DNA of 64,000 nucleotides, from positions 104,780,001 to 104,844,000 of the forward strand of contig OZ024741.1 in the NCBI GenBank assembly GCA_964016885.1. The letters run 5' to 3'. The DNA comes from Eledone cirrhosa. Its lineage: Eukaryota. A program made the translations under genes and the position numbers. Positions 50,740-64,000 of the stretch are shown here, piece by piece. The notes beneath the pieces are model-generated. The model searched no databases. It saw only the letters and a program-made list of their open reading frames with translations, and was not told where the DNA came from. The number at the start of each line of letters is the position of its first letter. Positions within the stretch are counted from its first letter, which is position 1.

Positions 50740-51326
50740 TTTATTAAAATAACAGATTAAAGTTTAAGCAAAGAATCGCTGCTTTCACCATTAACGGGAT
50801 CTTCTGAAACTAACAAAGTCAATCTGTAAACGCAGAAGTGGATATTTCAAAAAACGTTGCAACCGGAGGAAGACAGGAAGACGATACTTTGGTTCGTGGA
50901 AACGTTCCCTGGCAAAGAACGGGAAAAAACGAATATAATACGTCATTAATAGGAGCGGTGAAAAACAATTACACGCAGACAGAAGCACGTTTATGGTATA
51001 AAAGAGGTCGTAGACTAATGTTCTCTTAGGTGGTTCATAGAGACGTTCTCTGGCAATGAACGAAAAAAACTAAGATAATACGTCATATGTGGATCGTGGA
51101 GAACAATTGCACGCAAAGACAAAACCACGTAAATGGTATAGCAGAAGTCGTAGACTAAAATTCTAACAGGAGACCGAATGAATCTCCGCTTCAGAGTTAA
51201 GAATAAAGTAAATAAAATACAATACAGAGGTAATAGAAATTAAATAAATACACGCATACAGATACGTACATACACAAGCATACGCGAAAACACTTACCAT
51301 AGGTATACAAAACCACTCACATATAA

Positions 51327-51368
<42 letters not shown>

Positions 51369-52054
51369 ATACAAATAAATAAATAATTAAATAAACGTAT
51401 ATAAATAAATAAATACGTATATAACAAGCGCACACACATACCTGCATGTAAATACACAAATGTTCGGAGACGTAAGTCAACCAAACCATGAAGTACACAT
51501 ATACACACACCCTACATACGTACGAACCAGCATACTCACACGGACGCAATACTCCCGTATACACATAACCAAACCATATGTACCAGAATATATAATGTCT
51601 TTGCGTGCAATTGTTCTCCACGCTCCACATATGACGTATTATCTTCGTTTTTTTCGTTCATTGCCAGAGAACGTCTCTATGAACCACCTAAGAGAACATT
51701 AGTCTACGAACTCTTTTATACCATAAACGTGGTTCTGTCTGCGCGTAATTGTTTTTCACCTCTCCTATTAATGACGTATTATATTCCCGTTCTTTGCCAG
51801 AGAACGTTTCCACGAACCAAAGTATCGTCTTCCTGTCTTCCTCCGGTTGCAACGTTTTTTGAAATATCCACTTCTGCGTTTACAGATTGACTTTGTTAGT
51901 TTCAGAAGATCCCGTTAATGGTGAAAGCAGCGATTCTTTGCTTAAACTTTAATCTGTTATTTTAATAAATATTTGCTCTACGGTTCTTATATATTTGATA
52001 TATACTTATCCTTATCGAGCCCTCTTTGGATTTGGTCTTCAAATTTATTATTAT

Positions 52055-52057
<3 letters not shown>
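50740..52057. mobile_element. Family D large foldback (minus arm 50740-51160, plus arm 51595-52057) in (TA)n
   Basis: About 380 bp of near-perfect inverted identity; internal ~140-bp tandem subrepeat; both ends in (TA)n. Confidence 0.88.
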
Positions 52058-52120
<63 letters not shown>

Positions 52121-52236
52121 TAGAAAGTGGGGTTCAGAACCCTCAGAGAAATGGAAAAAGGTGAGTATTGACGTACAAAATACGGTGAAAGCTTCTATTT
52201 CTAATTTCAAACTTGCTCACTGTTTCAAAACATACT

Positions 52237-52309
<73 letters not shown>

Positions 52310-52839
52310 TAAAAGATATATAGAATATATATATTATATTTAGAAGTTTTGCCAATGATTAACCTCATTGGACTCTTGAAGTTGATAAGACGAAGCCGAT
52401 CGCCAGTGCCACGTCAAAGTTATTGCTCAAACATTTGCTTGTAGAAATAAATTTCATACTTTACTTTCACGTATTAAGTGCTGCATGGTTATACACGAAG
52501 CACACGTTAATATATATATATATATATATCAGTATGTATTTGTTGATTTATATAAGCCTTCATATTAATATGTGTTCGCAATTAATCCTCTTAAATTTGT
52601 TTCTGCTTATCAACACAAAGTTATATTAAAATTAAGAAAGATTTATGCTGGCTTATAACTCTGTTAATAATACAAGTTGTTGGTGAGATATGTTTTTCTT
52701 TTAACATTTTGTTTTTATCTTTTTATACCACGTTAGTTTTATACCATGATAGCTTTTGTAGACATACGATCAAATACGCTTCAGCATTTATCATCCCACT
52801 TTATATATTCCAATATAATATATGTTACGACTGTTGATG

Positions 52840-53165
52840 CAAGCATTGAAGTCAATTCGTAATTACGAGGTCCCAGAATCGATTCCACTGAGTGGCATCT
52901 CAGACAAGTGCTTTTATTATAGCTACGGCTTGACACAAACCTTGTGAGTGAAATTGAGTAGACGGAAACCGTGTAGAAGCCTGTTGGATGGATTGTACCT
53001 GTATTTCAAATGTCCAGCTTTGTCACATATTTTGTTATTCTGATACTAGCTAGAAATTATGTTAATGGTTATGAACCACTTTCACCTTAATTCACGATTC
53101 GGACACTCAGTTGATCAAACCAGTGAATGGTCATCGTCAGAGCCGACGGATGATCCATCATTTTC
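52840..53165 (+). mobile_element. Decayed tRNA-derived SINE
   Basis: tcgattccactg..ccttgtgagtgaaatt..gtagacggaaaccgtgtagaagcc core. Confidence 0.6.
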
Positions 53166-53919
53166 AACTACAATATCCAATGCGGATTTGTTAGACCGTC
53201 GACGCTAATGCTTTGTGGTATTTGGTCTATCTCTTGTGTTCTGAATCCCTGTGTGTTACATGTAGTCCTTCATTAGGTTTAGCACGACCTGGTCCTTGGG
53301 ATGAATTCATCGGAGTTGAAATGGTTGTAAGAATCAGGTCAGGTTTCCAGCCGAAGGATCCGTCCTTCCCTCTTATCTTCCAGTCTAAAAAAAATAAACA
53401 ATCATAGGCATTGCACTTCTCACCCTGACTAAAAAGTGAAAATATATAAAATATGTTCTTTTTAAAGAAAATAGTGTATTATTTGAGGGAGATTACGTTG
53501 CTATTCCTAGCGGGACAAGTAACTGTCTAGAGATTCCATCCTTGACCTTTTGTAAAGGTGTTTGGAGTACTGGTGATCATCCGGAAACATTTTAGACAGC
53601 CAAATAAATGCTTATGAATGTTAGTGTTACGAGAATATTGTTTTGACCATACAATGTTGGTATGTCAAGAATATAGATATATATAACTAGTAAATTGGTG
53701 TGACCATAATATTGATATAACTAGTATATTTGTGGTGGCCTAGTGGTGTGTTCGATTCCTGGACTGGTTTGTGTGTTGTGTTCTTATATACTCAGCTGGA
53801 AATGAGTACCAACAATAGCTGCGATGTTAAGCATATGTCCGACACTCTAACGACTCTGCCATTTCACAGTCCCAATAATGCGTCCACGATATTAGTGTAA
53901 CCACAATATTGGTGTGTGG

Positions 53920-54203
53920 CGGCGTGTGGCCTTGTGGTAAGGGTATTGAACTTAACTTCATAATGTTGTGGGTTCGATTCATGGACTGTGTTGCATGCTG
54001 TGTTCTTAAATAAAACACTTCATTTGCCGTTGTTACAGTATACTCAGAAAATGAGTACTAGCAATAGCTGAGGATTTAACCCTGCGACGGACTGGCGTCC
54101 TGTCCAGGGAAAGTCTTGTACTCTCAGTCGCTTAATACAACGGAAACCGGGATAACCACCGGCCTGATGGGCCTCCGGACTCGAGACAGACATTAGACTT
54201 TAA
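53920..54203 (+). mobile_element. tRNA-derived SINE (Meta/V-like domain); partial upstream copy at 53730-53830
   Basis: ggcgtgtggccttgtggtaagg..gggttcgatt head; cctgcgacggactggcgtcctgtccagg..ggaaaccgggataa..ccggcctgatgggcc. Confidence 0.75.
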
Positions 54204-54367
54204 ACAATATTGGTGCGATAGAATACTGACAACTTTCCTTCGAGCAGAAATATTTCACAAAACGTGATCAATTCTTATTCAATGCTTTAAATTCTTTTCT
54301 TTTTCTTTTCTTTTTTTATGTTTGTTGTAATTATTAGTCACTAAATCATTCATTCATCCTTTCCTTT

Positions 54368-54567
54368 NNNNNNNNNNNNNNNNNNNNNNNNNNNNNNNNN
54401 NNNNNNNNNNNNNNNNNNNNNNNNNNNNNNNNNNNNNNNNNNNNNNNNNNNNNNNNNNNNNNNNNNNNNNNNNNNNNNNNNNNNNNNNNNNNNNNNNNNN
54501 NNNNNNNNNNNNNNNNNNNNNNNNNNNNNNNNNNNNNNNNNNNNNNNNNNNNNNNNNNNNNNNNNNN
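54368..54567. other. Assembly gap (200 N)
   Basis: Run of N. Confidence 1.
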
Positions 54568-54799
54568 AAGGGAGAGTAGCGTTATTGTTATGAATAGGAA
54601 AGGCGGCGATGGGGCGAGCGAAAGAAGTGGAGAGACATAAATATTGGACAATGTGGTTATAATTCTTCCCCTTCTCCGCTCAAGACTCCTATTTTGATAT
54701 CCAATTGTGGAATGTTACATATCGTTAAATTTCTACCTCCGTACCGTAGTTATATTAGAATCGCCATATGCTGGTTACATAGAATAAAAATCACATTTT

Positions 54800-55335
54800 A
54801 ATGTCTCTCCACTTCCGTAAACCGGTAGGGCCTATAAGAGCCAGTATATCAGTCCAAGACTTAGGGAATAAGGTAGGAGTTTGGAAGCAGGTAAACATGC
54901 TCAACGACCTTAGATCCTTTGATGTGGATATTTTAACTATCAATGAGAGTAAGGTCTGTAACACGCAGTCACTTACCAGTCTGACTCCGAGGTCAATCCG
55001 GGTGTGGATGAATGATTTATAAAGGGGCCCCCCTCACGAAGTAAGGAGATCTATCTGGACACAGACAGTAGGTCGGTAGTTCTGTAACTGAATAGCAGTG
55101 GAGGTGGTTCTCTGAGACAGGGGCCTTGGGCTAATGTGACCAGACTACTTCAGGAATCCAGAAAGTTTTTGCTGAGTGTATCAGGTTAGTTAGTACTAGT
55201 GAGTAACTAGGCTGGCATCTTGAACACACGCCGGGATCGGTGGGGACTAGCATTTAGTCTTAGATCTGATCAATCGTTTCTAACTGTCTAACAGATACTT
55301 GTTAGGTTAACCAGATGTGCCGATGTGGAATTAGT
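54800..55335 (+). mobile_element. Highly decayed L1/Tx1 APE fragment
   Basis: GVWKQVNMLNDLRSFDVDILTINESK parallels GMPWKQGKLLNDLRSHSMDVVAICESR of the 8210-10085 element. Confidence 0.7.
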
Positions 55336-56265
55336 GAAATTACAGCAAGCTATTCAAATCGTACGAAGGGATAAGTTTAGCGTAAGCCGACCCCATCTTT
55401 GTCCAGTTGGCTGTACAACACCACAAAGGTTTTCTATTGATATTGTCATTGAAATTGTTGACGAGCTTTATTATTTATTGCCTCGTCTTCACGAATTTAA
55501 ACAGAACACAAGACTGGCAGCTATATCTCATCTATCTACAGTTAAAGTTCCTAAATATAGTTGCAAATTATATTCTGATAGTTTGTTTCTCGCACATTTC
55601 ACCTGTGGAATTTTCTACCGGTTTCTTGCTTTCCTGACCAATTTGTAAAAATTCATAAGCAACATCCATCGTTATTTTCTCTCTCCTTGAACTATGTTCT
55701 CTCTGCCTTGTCCTTTTCCCTTCTCTAATACCCCCTGCATTATAGTGACTTTATTGCCTTGGTTGGTGTGAGTACATTAAACCAAAAAGCTCATGATCTG
55801 CATAACCAACTTAGATAGAACATACGATAGGAAACGCGATAGAAAGCGTACTTTACGGTTCGTATAGTCAAAAAGAACTGCATTAGTGAGTTAGTCAAGT
55901 GGGAGTTGATGGGAGCAATCATAAATAACAATTGGTATATGGCCTGAAATGGAAAGTGTTGTAGATAAATGCTACAAGGCATTATATGGACAATGTTGTA
56001 ACTTTGTTGACACTCTACAGCCTTCCGTTTGTTAATAAGAATGAACCAACGTAATGCTGATATTTCGAGCAATCATAATAACGATTTCTATTATGATCAC
56101 ACAATCAGATATTTTGAAGATCGGTATACAGTAGATTTAATTGATTCTGTATATCATTGGTTCTTATTTTATTAAGCCTCAACCCTACAAAAAGGAAAAG
56201 CAGTAATCTTTAGGTAGGACGATGGTAACTGTTTCCTTTGGTCTTTTTACTACTAGTACTATCTG

Positions 56266-56461
56266 CAGACCTGCTAACCTTTAAAAGAGGAGTACCATGA
56301 AAAGAAAGTGCCCCCAAACAGGGAGAAATGAGGCAAAATGAGGCAAAATGAGGAGATTTTACATAATGAAAGTTATACCCATTTTTACAAGAGAAGACAT
56401 CTCACCCACCCCAAAGTGGGTGGGAGATTTCCCCATCCGACGAGGAGAGTTGACAGGTCTG
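56266..56461. mobile_element. Candidate MITE
   Basis: Imperfect TIRs cagacctgctaac / gttgacaggtctg; internal hairpin cacccacc..gtgggtg. Confidence 0.45.
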
Positions 56462-56594
56462 TATCTATTACTCGAAATTCCTGACAGAAACGTCACCGCT
56501 CTTCTAGTGACAGGAAGTGGGAATGATACAGAAAGCACAGGTCCACAAGAGACACTTCAAAGCATTCTAAAAATTTAGCCAGCGCATCACCCGT

Positions 56595-56723
56595 GGGTTA
56601 GGGCATTATTTATTGATCTAAAGGATGAAAGGCAAAGATGTCCTCGACGGATTTGAACTCAAAGCGCTTTAACTACCAAGGCATTTACTCCGACGCTCCA
56701 GCGATTCTGCTAATTCACCGCCA
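56595..56723 (-). mobile_element. Octopus-type SINE, decayed
   Basis: aaggatgaaaggcaaag..cctcgacggatttgaactca..gattctgctaattcaccgcc. Confidence 0.7.
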
Positions 56724-57167
56724 GAATTCAATCAGAATCAATTAGAAACAAAGCCAGCTTCAGTGGGATACGACCTCAACAAGTAGACACAACTAAGTAC
56801 AGCGAGGCATTCTGTTAGTCACTCTAACAATCATGCCACTGTTAGGGAAAATAATAAACACAATAAGGAAAACCAATGGATGTAACTGTAACAACGACAC
56901 CCTCCATGACGTTTTCGCTTAATAAAATATATTTTCATTATGTTCAAAAGCCGTGACTCGATTAATTACATATATGACGCATCTTTGATTATTTATTAGC
57001 CAAATGAAGACGGCTCCCATATTTTCTCTGTCATAGCAGGCAAATTACATTTTGGCTTATTTATGTCAATGATATTAATACATCATTGTGTTTTAGTGAA
57101 GTAAATTACATACTTAGAGAGGTCTACAAGAACAGATAACATAACATACCAATATATCTAAATGACT

Positions 57168-57209
<42 letters not shown>

Positions 57210-57311
57210 AATGTATAAACCAAAAGAAAATGCAACATATACGGATACGTTTATACAAATCATTTATGGACATGAAGTGTATATATATATGTCCATATAT
57301 ACATATACATG

Positions 57312-57355
<44 letters not shown>

Positions 57356-57924
57356 CACCCATGTGTGTGTGTGTACATATACTTTCTCTCATTTACTAGT
57401 CATAGTGTTACGTATGTCGCTGATCGTGTAAATGGTGTGTGAAATATGAGACGTGTTATTTATAACATAAAATAATTATGAGTGGTAAATCATTGGAATT
57501 GGGTTTAGTCAATTGGAAAATGATATAAAATGATGCATACATACATAGAAATATGCATATATATATATATGTGTCTATGTGTGTGTATGTATATATATAT
57601 ATTTCGGCATAGCTGTATACATACATGTATGTGAATTTCGTATATCTAAAGATATACGGTATGTTTAATAGATCAACATTTTGAAAGCCCAGCTATGAAT
57701 TGAAAGGCTCATTGTCAGCGCCGTCTAGTGGATTCCAGCAGAAGCAGCGGAGGATAACTGTCTATGCATTTCGAGCACTGGCTCTCATCAGGGCAGTGCG
57801 TGCCCTTACTTACTGCCAGAACTTGGAATAGGCGAAAATATATAGTTTTTTCGCCTGTGTAGGTGGGCTGTATAAGTTGGCTCATAAAGTAGATATACAT
57901 ACATACACACACAAACTCCAAGTG

Positions 57925-58886
57925 ATGCATTCGGACAGAAGATGGTTGCAGTGACTGGTTTGAGGTGGTTACTGGCGTGCGTCAAGGTTGCTCGCTCTCT
58001 CCAATTCTCTTTGCCATAGCAATTGACTGGGTACTAAGAAGAGCGTCTAAAGACCAGGGTATATCTTGGGTGGGAGAGCAAAAGTTGTCTGACCTGGACT
58101 TTGCGGACGATATTGCTGCACTTTCAGAGAGCACAGCTGACCTGCAAATCATTGTGAACAATATCAATGTCGAAGCAGGAAGCTTAGGTCTCAATATCAG
58201 TGCCAAGAAGACCAAAAGCATGTTATCTGGGACACACCCACCACCAACCAGTGTCTTCATTGAACAGGGGGAGGTGGAGATAGTGGACAACTTCACCTAC
58301 CTAGGAATCTCCATTAACAATGAGGGCACCATGGACAGTGAACTGCAATGTAGAAAGGGAAAGGCTTCAGCAGCATTTAACCAGCTTGACAAGATCTGGA
58401 AGAGCAGGAAGTTCACCCTCAAAATAAAGATGAGATTCTACAACAGCAACGCGCTGTCCACACTCTTGTACGGAAGTGAAACATGGCACCTTAAGACCAG
58501 CCAAGAGAAGAAGTTGGACGCATTCGATTCCAGATGTCTGCGAAAGATCCTGGGGATAAATGGAGTGACCATGTAACAAACCAGGAAGTCAGGAACCGCA
58601 CCAACCAGCTGTTAGTCTCTTCTACCATCTGCAAGCGACGCCTGGGCTGGTTTGGACACGCTTTGAGACTTCCCCCGGAGAGACTGGCGAACCAAGTACT
58701 TAAATGGAGCCCGCATGGAAGCAGACGGAGAGGGCGACCCAAAATGAACTGGCGCCAGACAGTTGAGAGGGACCTGCGAGCGACAAACAGACAATGGCGG
58801 GACGCTGTGCAACTGGCTGCTGACCGAACGCGATGGAACACTATGATTGCCTCATGCGTCGCAAGACGCGGGAGCTTCTGAGTCTA
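57925..58886 (+). mobile_element. 5'-truncated RTE-clade LINE (RT C-terminal half, one frameshift near 58555)
   Basis: GVRQGCSLSPILF, LDFADDI, FTYLG, TLLYGSETW, RRLGWFGHALR, GSRRRGRPKMNW. Confidence 0.92.
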
Positions 58887-59814
58887 ATTCTTCCTAGGTT
58901 GGCCTCATTCATTGTGACTTGACTTATTTGTGTAATATGCATGATGTATTGGTTAGTTGGCTGGCTGGCTGGTTTGCTGGTTGGCCTTTTTCTGACCTAT
59001 CCGCACCATCGAGCTCTTTGTTATTTGATGAGCTAATAATTAACAAAAATATTCTAATCTTGAAATTTAACATAGTTCAAAACATCAATAGACAACCATG
59101 AAATTAAAATATGTTTAACACAACAAATGACATTTTCAGAAGTACAGCAAGAAAGAACACAACAACGATCATAAATAATCACCAGAAATTGTTTTAAAAA
59201 AAGTGATAAAAATCAGTGTACGTAATGTTAAATATACAAAGTATAGTCAAGACAAATTTACACTGAAGAAAAACGATAGCATAGCGTATAGTTGAGAATT
59301 GCTATGCTTGAGTATAACATAAGATAAATATACACCAGAGGAAAAACGAACGAACGATAGAATGTTACAGTTACAGTCTTTTAGTAGTTGATTCCTGATG
59401 TTAACACTAGTCACTATATACATACATGAGATACTTACTTAATTAAATACATATTAGATGTAAGTGTTCTTCCTCATGCTTGTATTGTTGTTATAATTAT
59501 TTTTGATACTACTACTACTTTTATTATTGATTACATTTTGCCTATCCTAGTTATATATTTAATGAAACATTTGTGTCGAAACAATTGTAAAGATTAAATG
59601 ATTTAATAAGTTTTATCTGTCATATTAATTTGTTTTATATGCTCTGTGTTAAAAATGCCCACTTTCCTTCTATTCTTAAGATTCTCCTCCTTATAATTCT
59701 ATCTGTAAGTGCATAAACTAATTGAGCTCAAAATTTCTCTTCAAGTAACATGTAATTACACCCACACACCCACACACGCACGCACACACGCACGCACACA
59801 CGCACGCACACACG

Positions 59815-59938
<124 letters not shown>

Positions 59939-60000
59939 AATCTACATGCATGTGAGTGTTTATGCGTATTTGATACAATCATATGGTTACATCCTACTTG

Positions 60001-60186
<186 letters not shown>

Positions 60187-61054
60187 TTTTAAAATAAGGT
60201 GGTTTGTCACATATAATTTGTTAAAGTCAATATTAGAATTGTTTCATTCAAATGACATTTTTTATGGAATTGTTTGCTTTGAAGTAATTTTGTTTTGTGA
60301 TCATCACCATCACCATCATCACCACCACCAACATCAGCATCATCATCATCACTGTCATCATTCTCACCATCGCCATCATCACCATCACCATCACCTCCAC
60401 CATCATCCTCGTCATTATCGTCACCGACACCCCACCCCCACCATCACCATCATCACCTTCACCGTCACCATCTACGTTTTGCATTGATCCTCTAATGCTC
60501 CCCGATTCTTTTGTTTCACCTTTTTCCCAAGCTATTGAAATTACTGAAATTATCAAAGACACCATATTCGTATATAATATTTCCCCTTATTTTTGTTTCT
60601 ATATCTAAATCTACATTTCACTTGAGTTATTTCTTTCCTAATTTCAGTTTTGTCTATGTGATAATATTATTTCCATAAATATAGTTTCTATGTAATTTAT
60701 GTGGCTATTTTCCAGCTTTATAATAGCAATCGTCTTATTATAAATAGAGGTCGTGTGTCGAGGAATAACGCCTCTATCGTTAAATTTACATCTGATTATG
60801 CTGAAATGATAGTGTATTTATTATGAGAATAGCACCTGTTTTTATGTCTATTGCGTCAAATTCAGCATCAAGTTTATTCCATCGTCGCACACGAATCCGA
60901 TATTTTAAACGCCATAGAACCGTTACAATCTCCACATGCTAACACACACGTACCTACACTGTTGCATGAGACACACTTGCACTACTTTTCACGGCTACTC
61001 CACATACCACTTTCAAATTCCACCTTCGCTCTCTTTCCATCCATTTAGATGTAT

Positions 61055-61344
61055 ACTAGCCAGACTGGCCCGGCGTTGCTCGGGATTTGCTCTAGGGTTC
61101 TTATATATTTGATATATATTTATCCTTATCGAGCCTCCTGAAATAAATACGTTTGTTTATATTTTGTTATTGTGTATGCAAAAATATCTGTACACGAATA
61201 TATAATTATATATATATATTAAAATAACAGATTAAGGTTTAAGCAAAGAATCGGTGGTTTCACCCTTAACGGGATCTTCTGAAACTAAAATAAAAAATCA
61301 ATCTGTGAACGCAGAAGTAAATATTTCGAAAAACGTTACACACA

Positions 61345-61392
<48 letters not shown>

Positions 61393-61733
61393 TATATATA
61401 TACATATACACCCACACACCCACCCACCCACACACACAGCTACATCATAATGTCGTAATGCAGACAGCTAGGCATACAGACAGATATTATAAAGGCGCAA
61501 CGTTATAGCTATATATCTATCTAAAAAGAGAAAGACTAAGAATTATAGAGAGAGATCGCTAAATCGCCTAATGCGGTCCCTAGGGCATTGCAAATTTGAA
61601 ATCTTTTTTGCTCAAAACACTCACAGCACCATAAGTATTACATGTCTAAAGTTTAAAAACAATCGGTTGGGTGGTTCTCGAGTTTTAGTGATTGGACAGA
61701 CAGACAGACATTCTCTGTTTAGATATATAGATA
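61055..61733 (-). mobile_element. Non-autonomous Helitron-like element with nested family D fragments (61086-61135, 61218-61337)
   Basis: actag plus hairpin cccggcgttgctcggg at the left end; aatcggttgggtggttctcgagtt..(gaca)n..tatatagat at the right end. Confidence 0.55.
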
Positions 61734-62699
61734 TATGTATGCATCTGTGTATTTATAGCACGCATATCTATGTATGTATATATGTATATTTATGCTTGCG
61801 TTCGGGGTACCACGTATTCATATTCTAATTACTCTTCCACACATCACATAAGTGTGCTCTCTTGTGTATACACTTGCTGTGTGTGCTGCCTGCGTGTGGA
61901 GCTGTAGTTATGTGAGGCCTATTGCTAGGACCGTCTTGGCGCCATATTAAAATGCTCCGGAAAATGTATTCCGGCTCCACTTCACATCCCGGTTATATCT
62001 TTCTTGACGTCTGCAGCGACCTTCATCTTTCGGAGATCGTTGGTTGGCGGCTTTACTGCCGTAGCGCCGCAAGTAATGCTATGTGGAATTTCTTACCCAC
62101 CTCTCCTGGAGCCTAAGAATGACAGGAAATGGCGACTTACATGCATGCACCACTGTCGTCCTCCCTCTGTACCACTTACGGTATCCTACGAAATCTGCTA
62201 ACATACACTCATACAATTGCTTTGATCAAACATATACACATAGAAGCAGGCATCCTGCTAAACCAGTCTCAAAATTAAGGACTAACAGGGTCATTACGTC
62301 TTGGGAAAGAGGTACACTAGGCCAAAAGTAACATGAAGCGGGTGGGATTTCCATCAGATATAATGCTAATCTTCAATACAACTGATAGACTGCTAATTTA
62401 TTCATCAAAATGAATACGCGTATGTTAGCAAATTGGATATGTGAATAAGTACAAAATGTAGGAGACTAATTTTCCTTAATTCCGTTTCTAATTTCAATAA
62501 ATTCCCTTTTTTCGTTTCCTCTTTTGATGAATTCCATTTGCATTAGGTTAGCAAGCTAAGCTTAATACTGCTGTTGCTGCTGATGATGATGATGATGCTA
62601 CCGCTGTTGATGCTGCAACTACTGTCGCTGCTGCTGCTGCAAGTGTACGAAAGGAGCAAGGGACAAATTACTAAATTCTAGGAAAATATTAATCACAAA

Positions 62700-62776
62700 A
62701 ATTGTTCTGTCGCGGGCCATAGAAAAGTACTTTGTGGGGCCCATGCGAGTCACTAGCCTCGTATTTGAGACCCCTG
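62700..62776. mobile_element. hAT-like terminal fragment
   Basis: cgcgggcca..tttgagacccctg terminus followed by tattagac; partner TIR not found. Confidence 0.45.
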
Positions 62777-63129
62777 TATTAGACCTAACATTGACACGTA
62801 CAATCGCTGTAACCAAACATAGATACATAGAATCAGTAGAGACAAGCATCCTTTTAAATCTGCAAACATAAACAAAACAAAGCCGAGATAATATAGAGAA
62901 GCTGTGGAGTACAGAGTTAATGATGTGGGCGTTTTGTTTGTTTGCCAAAGGTGAGAAAATCGAAAGATGGGTTTCAAACAAACAGTAAAACCTTCCATGA
63001 TATCAAAGATAATGCATAATATATGAAATTATAGGCAAATTTCAGATCTACCTTTCGTATATTTAGTTCCATGAACGAGGTAATTGACTGTGATCTTCAA
63101 TAATGAAAATATCATTATGTATATATGTA

Positions 63130-63690
<561 letters not shown>

Positions 63691-64000
63691 TGTATCATAA
63701 ACAATACAATATATATATGGTCGCGTGCGTGCGTGTGATTAGATGTACATGTATGTATATATATATGTTTCGTGTGTATGTATGTGCGCTTTTGTATGTA
63801 TGTACGCATGTATGTGCTTTTGTCTGTACGTATATATATATATTTATATATATATATATATGTGTGTGTACGAACCTATGTATGTTTTCTATTTTTTCTA
63901 GTGTTACTTTATAATTGATAACCCCTCCATCTTACTTTCTCTTTGATTTAATTTTTTTATTCTCATATATTTTTTCATTTTTTTCATTTTCATATTTTAT

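Noticed and set aside
50880-51830. Repeat-spacer pattern suggestive of a CRISPR array
   Set aside because: Eukaryotic context, degenerate ~140-bp tandem subrepeats inside an inverted repeat, and no cas genes.
60248-60608. His-rich and Met/Val-rich ORFs
   Set aside because: (CAT/CAC)n trinucleotide repeat with no other coding evidence.

Overview
AT-rich, microsatellite-dense animal genomic DNA. It is very probably a cephalopod (Octopus-type SINEs, (TA)n/(CA)n/(GA)n tracts); this is an inference, not a database result. No confident host protein-coding gene is visible, and the window is almost entirely transposon-derived. It holds a decayed Chapaev3-like DNA transposon, L1/Tx1 and RTE LINE remnants, Helitron pieces, tRNA-derived SINEs, MITEs and, above all, many Penelope-like retroelements (PLEs; RT plus C-terminal GIY-YIG endonuclease) from at least 3 coding families, labelled A, B and C here. 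The dominant unexplained pattern is that PLE and PLE-like inserts recur as inverted 'tail-out' pairs: two 3' ends point outward, usually into (TA)n tracts, and are fused head-to-head at short microhomologies. This occurs about 11 times, at sizes from about 150 bp to 6 kb. The 3' tails carry minimal type-I hammerhead ribozyme motifs with palindromic stem III; several are perfect and show covariation, and several have a non-canonical CCG/CAG core. One PLE copy (31675-35266) is full-length apart from a single 2-nt slip in an (AC)n tract. Coordinates were read by eye, and boundaries of decayed repeats are approximate.
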